Positions 39,794 to 48,408 of a stretch of 64,000 nt of DNA are shown here, one piece after another. Source of the DNA: Bacteroidota bacterium. Lineage in GTDB: Bacteria; Bacteroidota; Bacteroidia; Chitinophagales; Chitinophagaceae. A model generated the notes under the pieces. It did no database searches. It was not told where the DNA came from and worked only from the letters and a program-made list of their open reading frames with translations. The DNA lies in the NCBI GenBank assembly GCA_041164585.1, contig JBEAPC010000254.1, forward strand, positions 4,159-68,158. Reading direction: 5' to 3'. The stretch's first letter is position 1. The number at the start of each line of letters is the position of its first letter. The translations under genes were made by a program, and so were the position numbers.

Positions 39794-40621
39794 CTACTTT
39801 AAATGTTTAAAAATCTTTACCAAAGAATTTGTAATCTGCTCATAACCCTTGTCTGATGGATGCAAACCATCAAAAGTAATATTCTGTGCTGCTTCAGGAT
39901 AAGGGTATTCATCAACACCAGGATGAAATGGTTTGTCAATAAAATCGGGGTAAGGATAATTTACATAGTTACCTGTAGCGGAATCCTTTAGTCTTTTAAA
40001 CTGAACCAGGTTTTTATGATCCATCCCCTTTTGGTGATAAAGATCTAGGACCGGAATTTTTTCATAAGCTGCAATGGCAACAATAGCATTTGCAAAATCT
40101 TCTAATTGCTGACCATTCTTTGATTTATAAGATCCATAGGCATTGTTCTTGGGATTATTGATATACACAAAGTCTACGCGTTGCATGGGTGTGATTAGTA
40201 CAATTTTTGCTTCTTGGTTTAGGCTACGCAGTTTATTGATGATGACCCTAAAAGCACCATAGACCGTAGAAGGGCCTGCATTTTTTTCATAGTCTGCAAA
40301 ACTTCCTAGTGGCTTAGAACCCCACCAGTCATTGGTTCCTAGGAAAATGGTATACAAATCCGCTTTTTGAATCCCCAGTTTTTCAATCTCTGTAGCTATT
40401 CTAATAGCAGTCCAGCCATTGTATCCTTTATTGACGTACTGAATCTGGGGCATTTTTTCTTGCACCCTAGTCAAATAGCCTTTTGTAACCCTATTACCCG
40501 TTTCATTTTGATGGTCATTCAAATAGGTAATACTATCGCCAATGGCCACCCAGCTAATGGGTTTTGGTGCAAAGGAACTCTGCGCAATAAATAATACTAG
40601 GAGGAGCAAGACTTGCTTCAT
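39794..40621 (-). CDS. SGNH/GDSL hydrolase, exported
   Basis: GDSIT, G..GWT, GTND, DGLHP. Confidence 0.9.
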   Translation of the reverse strand: MKQVLLLLVLFIAQSSFAPKPISWVAIGDSITYLNDHQNETGNRVTKGYLTRVQEKMPQIQYVNKGYNGWTAIRIATEIEKLGIQKADLYTIFLGTNDWWGSKPLGSFADYEKNAGPSTVYGAFRVIINKLRSLNQEAKIVLITPMQRVDFVYINNPKNNAYGSYKSKNGQQLEDFANAIVAIAAYEKIPVLDLYHQKGMDHKNLVQFKRLKDSATGNYVNYPYPDFIDKPFHPGVDEYPYPEAAQNITFDGLHPSDKGYEQITNSLVKIFKHLK

Positions 40622-40674
40622 GGATCAGCTTTGCTTTAAAGATAAGCAAAGCTTAAAAGCAAAAGAACATACTG

Positions 40675-41037
40675 CTACCATTCCATAAATCTAATACCAA
40701 CCTGTTCATCCTTTATTGCAAATTCCTTTGCTCCCCAAGGTCTTAAAGTGATGGTATTTAAATTAGGGTGTAATAAATGTGGATGTGATGCTTGAACTTG
40801 TTTGAAAACCTCTGTAATATTTTTTGTCTCAATCCTTAATTCAGGATAATGTTCTTCAGCCAACACTTGATCTTGAAAGACCATTAAACTATTTCCGTCT
40901 TTTTCTAAAACACAATAGGGTGTAGAGATATTAAATTCAGCATGTTTTAAATTAAAATGAAGACAATCCACAAACAAAATCAAAGCTTGTTGTATGTCTT
41001 TGTAAAATACGCTTGGAACTATTTTTTCAAATTGCAT
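40675..41037 (-). CDS. VOC/glyoxalase-like protein
   Basis: LRIET, LHPNL....RPWGAKEFA. Confidence 0.7.
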   Translation of the reverse strand: MQFEKIVPSVFYKDIQQALILFVDCLHFNLKHAEFNISTPYCVLEKDGNSLMVFQDQVLAEEHYPELRIETKNITEVFKQVQASHPHLLHPNLNTITLRPWGAKEFAIKDEQVGIRFMEW

Positions 41038-41061
41038 AATCTTATATTAATTATCAGAATT

Positions 41062-41763
41062 TCAATTTTTCTGGATCTTCAGATCCCTAAAATATCCTAT
41101 AGTTCCAATTTCTACCCATAGACCAATGCTGCCGTTTTTTGAACTGCCCAACATTTCATTGACTAGGAAAGCAGGTTGTTCTTGTTGATTAAGATATAAG
41201 CGAGCTTTCTTATCTTGAAATACTATGCGCATAGTAATCCATTCCTCCAATCCAATATTTGCATAAGTCTCATACAAACCGCTAGCTTCTTTTCTAAGTT
41301 TATTAAATCCATAATTGGGATAAGCAAAATATTGCACGGAGTGATTGCGTCTAAGTTGGTCATCGGCCCTGCCATTACTGGGTCTTAAATATATGGCGTC
41401 AAAATGTTTGTTGTCTTGATCAATTCTATAAGCCAAACCTATAAAGCCTCTAGCTGCAGGGAAAGGATTATTTTCCATAATCTTACTCAAGACTTTTACT
41501 TCAATGCTGCCGTTTTCTATATTAAGATTGCTCAGCTTTACAAAACTTGGTCCGTCTACTGTTGCATCCAGATTTTTTTCATCAAATGGAAACGCAACCA
41601 AATCTCTTTCAACTTTCAGCACATTGGTATAGTTTCCCAGAGTGACTATACTAGCTTTGGTATTCACCAGTTCAAACTCCTTTTTCTCCCAATTAATTTT
41701 TTGAGCATTAGCAAAAAACGAAGAAGCAATAAGGAAACTAGTTAAGACAGATTTTATTTGCAT
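41062..41763 (-). CDS. Exported DUF1080/3-keto-disaccharide-hydrolase-like beta-sandwich protein
   Basis: Signal peptide; G.IEV, ARGFIGLA, YLRP.NGRADDQLRRNH..QY, GSIGLWV. Confidence 0.6.
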   Translation of the reverse strand: MQIKSVLTSFLIASSFFANAQKINWEKKEFELVNTKASIVTLGNYTNVLKVERDLVAFPFDEKNLDATVDGPSFVKLSNLNIENGSIEVKVLSKIMENNPFPAARGFIGLAYRIDQDNKHFDAIYLRPSNGRADDQLRRNHSVQYFAYPNYGFNKLRKEASGLYETYANIGLEEWITMRIVFQDKKARLYLNQQEQPAFLVNEMLGSSKNGSIGLWVEIGTIGYFRDLKIQKN

Positions 41764-41765
41764 GG

Positions 41766-42638
41766 TTAATCTTTAATAAATGGAAGCATGGCTGTCCAGA
41801 CAGCAGCAAAATTATCTAGAAAAGCTGGATGGCCAACATTGGGAATAATAGATAATTGGTGATTGGGAATTAACACTGCAGCATTCAATACCCTTTGAAC
41901 CGGGTTGCCATCGTCTCTGTCTCCAGCCATCACTAGCACTGGGCATTTAATTGCGCCTAATAGTTCTTTTCCAACGGTTAGTTTGTTGTAACAATTAGCA
42001 ATCTGTTGAAAGAGTTCTTCTATTCTTTCTGGTTGGGGCATGAGTAATAATTGTTGGTTCCAATAAACCTTGTCAAGTTCAAAAGCCTGTTTTGAAGTAA
42101 AACCAAAGGTTCTAACACCTGGATAGAGTTCTCCCGCACCAATCACAATCATCTTCTTGACCTTATCTGGAAACATTGCTCCAAATTGATATGCTGTATA
42201 TCCACCATCACTAAAACCCAATAGGGTCAATTTTTCATTAGTAACACCCTTTACTACATTGAATACATCTGTGGCACGTTGTGGAAGTGTTAACGCTGTG
42301 GTTCCCAATTCTGATTTTCCATGACCCCTAGTAGAAATCACAATCACTTGATAGTTCTTTGAAAAGCTATCTATAAAACTTGCCATTTCTATACTAGAAC
42401 CAAATAGTCCTCCGTGCAACAAGACAAAGGGCTGGCCCTTTCCATAAACTTCATAGTAAATGCGCGCATCACCTGACTGAGCATAGTGTCCCGCTTTTGG
42501 ATTTGCTCCATAAGGAATTTGGTTTACCACGGAAGCAGGTTGTAAAAATCTTCTTAATGGTTGTTGTGCTTTTGGTTGACCTAAAAATATTAGAACCATC
42601 AACAAAGCCAAGGATATATATTGAGTATATTTATACAT
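41766..42638 (-). CDS. Exported alpha/beta hydrolase
   Basis: LLHGG, RGHGKS, GFSDG nucleophile elbow, GDRD, distal GH. Confidence 0.88.
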   Translation of the reverse strand: MYKYTQYISLALLMVLIFLGQPKAQQPLRRFLQPASVVNQIPYGANPKAGHYAQSGDARIYYEVYGKGQPFVLLHGGLFGSSIEMASFIDSFSKNYQVIVISTRGHGKSELGTTALTLPQRATDVFNVVKGVTNEKLTLLGFSDGGYTAYQFGAMFPDKVKKMIVIGAGELYPGVRTFGFTSKQAFELDKVYWNQQLLLMPQPERIEELFQQIANCYNKLTVGKELLGAIKCPVLVMAGDRDDGNPVQRVLNAAVLIPNHQLSIIPNVGHPAFLDNFAAVWTAMLPFIKD

Positions 42639-42643
42639 AAATA

Positions 42644-43741
42644 TTATTTATAAAACAAACCTGCATTATATTTAGTTCCTAATGTTCCAGGCTTTAACTG
42701 AAGATAGTATCGGTTGGTTTGATCTTCTTCTATAGCTAGTTTTCCCTCTTTTTTTATTATGAAGTCAGATTGATAAATCAACTTTGATTTATTAGCAGGA
42801 ATTCCAAAATCCTGAGGTCCACCACCTTTGTTTACAAATTGATTGAATCCTATCAACATTGAATTTGAAATTTTGTAAGCATATTTTTCTTCTTTGTCTA
42901 AAACCCAAAAAACATTTGCGCTATAAATGACATTATTATAAAAATTAAAATCGGATGTTGTAGACCATGTCCAAACTGCTGCTCCATAAATATTTAATAC
43001 CAAATTGTGATGAAATGAAGAATTACTAGAAATGCTATTCCACATAACAACAGCATCTTTTACACCGTAAAAAACACAATGATCAACTTCTAATTTACTT
43101 CCATTTGCAAGAATTCCTAAATGATTTGGAAGAGCAAATCTATTGCCGAGAAATAAGCACTGAGTAATTTTCAAATCTGTTAAATTTTTTCCTTCCCAAA
43201 CTATTGGGTAGTTTCTGACAAGAACACCTTCTTTTGGCTTTTCATGTACAGGCTCGCCAAGAATTCTTAGTCCTTGAATGGTCACAAAACTTGTATTAAT
43301 TTCTATACCATAGTTAGAACCACCTGTTATATTCTTAGCTTTATCTAATTCCACTTTAAATGGCATTGTAGAAATTATAATAGACATTTTGCTTGGGTTC
43401 CAATCTGGATGATTAGGCGTAATTTCTGATCGAATAATCAGTCTCTTTTCATGTTCAAATTTCCAATTAGTAGGATTAAAAGTTGCTGTTTCATTTAATC
43501 CATATGTGCCTGATGACAAAATAACTTGAATTTCACCGCTACCAATCATTTTATTAATGCGCTTGGCAGCCTCTGGTAAAGTTTTCAACGGAAATTCTTT
43601 TGAACCAATATTTTGATCATTTCCTGTATTAGGATTCAAATAAATTGAAATACTATCTCCCAAATTTGTAGTACGTTCGGTATTTGCGTAACAACATACA
43701 TTAATTAAAAATGTTGTAAAAATGAAAATCAGCTTATGCAT
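42644..43741 (-). CDS. Exported right-handed parallel beta-helix protein
   Basis: Signal peptide; G.D.N.GS...PLKTL..A, VTIQGLRI, repeated xxxHCxF/HNLV/NNVI strands. Confidence 0.7.
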   Translation of the reverse strand: MHKLIFIFTTFLINVCCYANTERTTNLGDSISIYLNPNTGNDQNIGSKEFPLKTLPEAAKRINKMIGSGEIQVILSSGTYGLNETATFNPTNWKFEHEKRLIIRSEITPNHPDWNPSKMSIIISTMPFKVELDKAKNITGGSNYGIEINTSFVTIQGLRILGEPVHEKPKEGVLVRNYPIVWEGKNLTDLKITQCLFLGNRFALPNHLGILANGSKLEVDHCVFYGVKDAVVMWNSISSNSSFHHNLVLNIYGAAVWTWSTTSDFNFYNNVIYSANVFWVLDKEEKYAYKISNSMLIGFNQFVNKGGGPQDFGIPANKSKLIYQSDFIIKKEGKLAIEEDQTNRYYLQLKPGTLGTKYNAGLFYK

Positions 43742-43778
43742 TATTTTTTTTACAAAACTAGCTTCTTAAGTGTATTTT

Positions 43779-43819
43779 AGTAACCAGTTTCAACAAAACA
43801 AGTAACCAAATGGTAACTA
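43779..43819. promoter_or_regulatory. Repeated GTAAC boxes, likely binding sites of the HxlR regulator
   Basis: AGTAACCA at 43779 and 43801, GGTAACTA at 43812 (22 and 11 bp spacing) at the divergent promoter. Confidence 0.55.
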
Positions 43820-44172
43820 CTATTTCTCCCTCAAGATTTATTTCTAATCCATTAAATTGTCCAGTAACTAGAGCAATGAGTATTATTGGTGGTAAATGGA
43901 AACCTATTATACTGAATTGTATTGGTGATAGAACCATTCGATTTGGTAAGCTCAATCAAATTATACCAGCCATATCTAACAAAGTATTGGCTAATGAGCT
44001 AAAAGAATTGGAGGCTTTTGGTTTGGTGAAGCGTATGGTATATAAAGAGAATAATCCAAGGGTTGAATATGGTCTTAGTTCAACGGGGATGAGTCTAATT
44101 CCTATTCTCCATGAGTTAGCTAGTTGGGGAAATTCAGTTACCGCAAAGAAAATCATCAAAGACAATTTTTAA
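43810..44172 (+). CDS. HxlR-family winged-helix regulator
   Basis: CPV..AM..IGGKWK..IL, RFG.L...IP.IS.KVL...LKELE, PRVEY.L. Confidence 0.92.
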   Translation: MVTTISPSRFISNPLNCPVTRAMSIIGGKWKPIILNCIGDRTIRFGKLNQIIPAISNKVLANELKELEAFGLVKRMVYKENNPRVEYGLSSTGMSLIPILHELASWGNSVTAKKIIKDNF

Positions 44173-44353
44173 ACTAAGTTTTTGAGGTAAATAGTCGTCA
44201 TGTGTTGGATCAATTTATTAAATAATCAATCATTTCTAGCATTGAACCAATTGGATACTTAATTTCTTTAAACAGTTTGTCATTTTTACAATTAGAAAAA
44301 CTAATTTACAAGAGCTAAGATTCCTTTTAGATAAGCTTAAATAATAGTCCATC

Positions 44354-44815
44354 ATGCCAAAGTATACCCTTTTTGTGAATGGTCAATCCATGACTGTAGA
44401 AGCAGATGCAGACACCCCCTTATTATGGGTGCTGCGCGATAATTTGAATTTGGTTGGAACCAAATTTGGATGCGGTGTGGCCCAATGTGGTGCCTGCACA
44501 GTGCATATGAACGATGTGGCCATGCGTTCTTGCTCCCTGCCTGTTTCTGCAGTAGGGCTGAATAAAATTGTGACCATTGAGGCGCTGAGTCCTAAGGGAG
44601 ACCATCCATTGCAAAAAGCTTGGGAGGAATTAGATGTGGCGCAGTGTGGTTATTGTCAAGCAGGCCAGATTATGGCTGCAGCAGCCTTACTTAAAAAAAT
44701 TCCTAATCCAACAGACAAGGATATTGACGATAATATCAGCAATATCTGCCGCTGTGGTACACAAGTAAGAATAAGAAAAGCCATTCATTTAGCCGCTAAA
44801 AAACAAGTAAAATGA
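44354..44815 (+). CDS. iorA: Isoquinoline 1-oxidoreductase-type alpha subunit ([2Fe-2S])
   Basis: GTKFGCG.AQCGACTV, SC, QCGYCQAGQ, NICRCG. Confidence 0.85.
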   Translation: MPKYTLFVNGQSMTVEADADTPLLWVLRDNLNLVGTKFGCGVAQCGACTVHMNDVAMRSCSLPVSAVGLNKIVTIEALSPKGDHPLQKAWEELDVAQCGYCQAGQIMAAAALLKKIPNPTDKDIDDNISNICRCGTQVRIRKAIHLAAKKQVK

Positions 44816-46914
44816 AGCAAGAATTAACCAGAAGAAATTTTCTGAGGGTATCTGCCATTACTGGTGGAGGAATGATGCTCAGTCTTTCTTTTTTAAATAA
44901 TACCGCCAACGCGGAAACTGTTGCTGGTGCAGCATTTTCACCAAATGTTTATATTAAGATTGGTACCGATGGTAGCATTTTAATCCTGGCACCCAATCCA
45001 GAAATTGGTCAGGGTGTAAAAACATCTTTGCCCATGATTGTGGCTGAGGAGCTTTGTGTGGATTGGAAAAAAGTACATGTAGAATTAGCGCCCTTACAAG
45101 CTGGGTTTGGTAGACAAACAGCAGGAGGTAGCGGATCTGTAAGAGGTAGATTTACCGATTTGCGCAAAGCTGGCGCTACTGCCAGAGAAATGTTGGTTAG
45201 CGCTGCAGCGCAAACTTGGAGCGTGCCTGTTACAGAATGTGTAGCGGAAGATGGTATGGTAATTCACAAATCCAGTGGTAAAAAATTAGCCTACGGCGAT
45301 TTGGCTGCAAAAGCAGCAACCCTAGAAGTTCCTAAAAATCCAACACTCAAAGACAGCAAGGATTTCAAATATCTTGGTACAAGGGTTAACGATGTGGATG
45401 CCCATAAAATAGTAACAGGACAACCCTTGTATGGTATAGATACCAGAAAAGAAGGCATGTTATACGCTATGGTGTCAAGACCACCAGCCTATGGTAAAAC
45501 CCTAAGTAGCGTGGATGATACTGCTGCTTTAAAAGTAAATGGTGTAAAGCAAGTAGTCAAACTCAAAAATTCTGTAGCTGTTTTAGCAACTTCTACATGG
45601 GCTGCCAAAAAAGGAAGAGATGCCTTGGTGATTCAATGGGAGGCTAAAGAAAAACTAGAAAACTCTTCAGAGCAATTTGTGGCTTTTAAAGAAATGATTG
45701 AGAAAGGCGCTACTGCTCCAAACAGAAAAGATGGAGATTGGGAAGCCGCCAAAAAGCAAGCTAGCAAAACAATTGAAGCCATCTTTGAATTACCCACATT
45801 GTCACACGGACAAATGGAGCCGCTCAATTTTTATGCCGATGTGCGTGAAGACAAAGTAGAACTCTTTGGACCAACCCAAGTGCCAGATTCGGTAAGAAAG
45901 CAAGTTGCAGACTTATTAAAAATAGCGGAAGATAAAATCTCCATCAGTTCACCAAGACAGGGTGGTGGATTTGGTAGAAAACTCATGACGGATAATGGCG
46001 TGGAAGCTGCGCTGATATCGGCGGCAGCCAAATGCCCCGTGCAAGTGCAGTGGACTAGAGAAGACGATATGCAAAACGATTTTTATCGCCCAGCAGAAAT
46101 GTATCGCTATCGCGCAGCTTTAACTGCTGATAAATTATTGGCTTGGCATCAATCCGGTGTAGGAATTGGCAGAGCCATTAGAGGTGATAGTTATGTAGCA
46201 GGCGCCGTTGAAAATTATCTTTCAGAAGGACAAGGACTCAAAAGCAATACCCCAACTGGTTGGTGGCGTGCTCCAGGTGCTAACACATTGGCTTTTGTAG
46301 CAGAAACTTTTATGGATGAAGTTTGTACAGAACTCAAAGTAGATCCCATTGCTTATAGATTACAAATGTTTGAAGCCGCCAAACAAAAGCCCGTGGGTAA
46401 ACTAGATTACAATCCTGATAAATACAAAAGCGTTGTAGAACTGGTGGCTAAAATGTCTAGTTGGGGAACAAAGACTCCGGGCATTTTCCGTGGCTTTGCA
46501 ACTTGGTTCTCTTTTAATACCTATGTAGCACAAGTAGTAGATATTAAATTGGAAAAAGGCAGACCTAAAGTAGTGAAAGTGTATTGTGCAGTGAACTGTG
46601 GAAGGGTGATTAACCTAAGTGGTGCAGAAAACCAAATTCAAGGTGCTGTGGTGGATGGGATTTGTCATGCCATGTTCCCTAAAGTAACATTTGTCAATGG
46701 CGCCGTAGTTGAAAAGAATTTCTATAGCTATTATATGCTAAAGATCAAAGACGCGCCACTAGATGTTGCCGTACAATTTGTAGCATCCGAAGAAGCGCCA
46801 ACTGGTTTGGGAGAACCCGCGTTACCGCCAGTAGCAGCTGCTTTGTCAAGCGCTATTTTTGCAGCAACAGGAAAACGCATTAGGAAAATGCCTTTTGAGG
46901 AGCAGTTAGGTTAG
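44812..46914 (+). CDS. iorB: Isoquinoline 1-oxidoreductase-type beta subunit (molybdopterin-binding, Tat-exported)
   Basis: Twin-Arg TRRNFL; EIGQG..T, GGS.S, GGGFGR, WRAPG, GLGEP; 4-nt overlap with the alpha subunit. Confidence 0.85.
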   Translation: MKQELTRRNFLRVSAITGGGMMLSLSFLNNTANAETVAGAAFSPNVYIKIGTDGSILILAPNPEIGQGVKTSLPMIVAEELCVDWKKVHVELAPLQAGFGRQTAGGSGSVRGRFTDLRKAGATAREMLVSAAAQTWSVPVTECVAEDGMVIHKSSGKKLAYGDLAAKAATLEVPKNPTLKDSKDFKYLGTRVNDVDAHKIVTGQPLYGIDTRKEGMLYAMVSRPPAYGKTLSSVDDTAALKVNGVKQVVKLKNSVAVLATSTWAAKKGRDALVIQWEAKEKLENSSEQFVAFKEMIEKGATAPNRKDGDWEAAKKQASKTIEAIFELPTLSHGQMEPLNFYADVREDKVELFGPTQVPDSVRKQVADLLKIAEDKISISSPRQGGGFGRKLMTDNGVEAALISAAAKCPVQVQWTREDDMQNDFYRPAEMYRYRAALTADKLLAWHQSGVGIGRAIRGDSYVAGAVENYLSEGQGLKSNTPTGWWRAPGANTLAFVAETFMDEVCTELKVDPIAYRLQMFEAAKQKPVGKLDYNPDKYKSVVELVAKMSSWGTKTPGIFRGFATWFSFNTYVAQVVDIKLEKGRPKVVKVYCAVNCGRVINLSGAENQIQGAVVDGICHAMFPKVTFVNGAVVEKNFYSYYMLKIKDAPLDVAVQFVASEEAPTGLGEPALPPVAAALSSAIFAATGKRIRKMPFEEQLG

Positions 46915-46929
46915 ACAACAAGCATTAAA

Positions 46930-46975
46930 AATAGAACAGGTACTGTATCTTTAAGATGAGTACCTGTTTTTTATT
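46930..46975. terminator. Intrinsic terminator after iorB
   Basis: AACAGGTACT...AGTACCTGTT followed by a T-run. Confidence 0.75.
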
Positions 46976-46996
46976 ACAGTATAGGCTTTATGTCAA

Positions 46997-47248
46997 CTAT
47001 TTTCTATCATTTAACCCTATTCCCAATCCAAACAAAGCGGCTACAATAGCAATCTGAACAATCAAAATGGCTCTTTGCCAAATGGGTCTATCGTTCCATT
47101 TTTGTTCTGGGTTAAATGGGTCAAATGCCATAGAAATTCCCAAAGACGCAGCTGCTGACATATAATCCTTATTGATAATTGCTTGGTAGCAACCTATGAA
47201 GACAAATCCAATGTATAAAATTTTGTTGAAGGGAGTTTTCATTGTCAA
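46997..47248 (-). CDS. Small hypothetical membrane protein
   Basis: Hydrophobic; AFDPFNP.QKW.DRP.WQ motif. Confidence 0.65.
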   Translation of the reverse strand: MTMKTPFNKILYIGFVFIGCYQAIINKDYMSAAASLGISMAFDPFNPEQKWNDRPIWQRAILIVQIAIVAALFGLGIGLNDRK

Positions 47249-47305
47249 ACATTTCTACAATTTACCTGATTAACCAAATTTTTGATTTGCCAATATTTGA
47301 AAAGG

Positions 47306-47970
47306 TTATAAGAGCTGATAAATGGATACCCATCCAGTTTTCTGATACTTCTTTGTATCTGCCCCAAAATACACTGGCACGAATTTTACTTCCAACTTTT
47401 TGTATGGTTTATTAGTAAAAGGGGCATTTCCTTTATAGGTAAAAAGGGTTTTAAAAGCAGAAATGGGATAAACAGCGGGTAATCCTTGGTTACGCATCAA
47501 ACTGTCGCAATAGATCTTATCTGTAAGCTGACAAGTAAGCCGGTTTTTGATGGTTAAAATATTCCGCCTTAAAAATGTCCACTGTTCCATTTCTGCCTCC
47601 GCAGGGCGGTTATTCATATCCCATTGCAAGGGAATGCATTTCACATGCAAACTATCTTTTGATTGTTTGTAATCAATAATTTTGGCGCGATTGCCAAAGG
47701 CATCGCCTACTTGAATGGGGTTCCATGCCCACGGTGACCAATTAGGTGATTGACCTTCTGCTTTTCTATCAAGGCTTTTACCAGCATAATAGGGTTGTTG
47801 AACATATCGGCCCTCGTCTGTAATATTTACCAAACTGGGTTGAGATCCTGAATAGGAAATCCAAGAAATAGCACAGCCCCTAGTAAGGTTAAATTTCACT
47901 GTCAGCTTATCATTGTCAGCAATTAATTCTTTTGGTGTTTGGGTATTTACTGCTTGAAAAGTGTTTCCTT
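47306..47970 (-). pseudogene. Truncated, probably frameshifted remnant of a Trp/Tyr-rich hypothetical gene
   Basis: Frame is open ~23 codons upstream of the GTG to a stop, with no signal peptide or ATG; near 47370 an alternative frame reads FWGRYKEVSENWMG. Confidence 0.5.
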
Positions 47971-48408
47971 AGGGGCTTCGTTTCAATACAGAACCGGAAG
48001 GTGAAAGAATTCATTTTGCTTCCGCAATGACCCTTACTGGCAATAGCCAAGACACCATTAAGGAACAACCTGGGAGTTAGCTAGGAATAGCAGAATCCAT
48101 ACAAAATTTAGGATCCAAAATAAGCCCAGACCTGGAACAAGTCTGGCGAAGGATTATCTTCAATATTGCTGTTTCCAATACAGATGATCACTTCCGGAAT
48201 CATGGATTTATTGTAGTCAATCAAGCATTGCGCTTTCAGGGTTAAATTGAATATAAATGTCATTGATATTTAATAAAATATTCTTGATTTTGTCATTTAA
48301 TTACTAATTTAATTTCATGAATGAGTTTATTAATGAGTCTTTGAATTTGATAAAAGCAAATAAAAAGAATTAATATCCACCTTCGCTCACTTTTAGCCAT
48401 GTAAAACT

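Noticed and set aside
40728-40738. TTGCTCCCCAA matches the tRNA-Asn 3' end (53027-53037), a possible att repeat
   Set aside because: Only 11 bp, lies inside the PWGAK codons of the VOC gene, and there is no integrase; likely chance
44354-46914. iorAB molybdoenzyme pair as a novelty
   Set aside because: Common two-gene module with ordinary architecture
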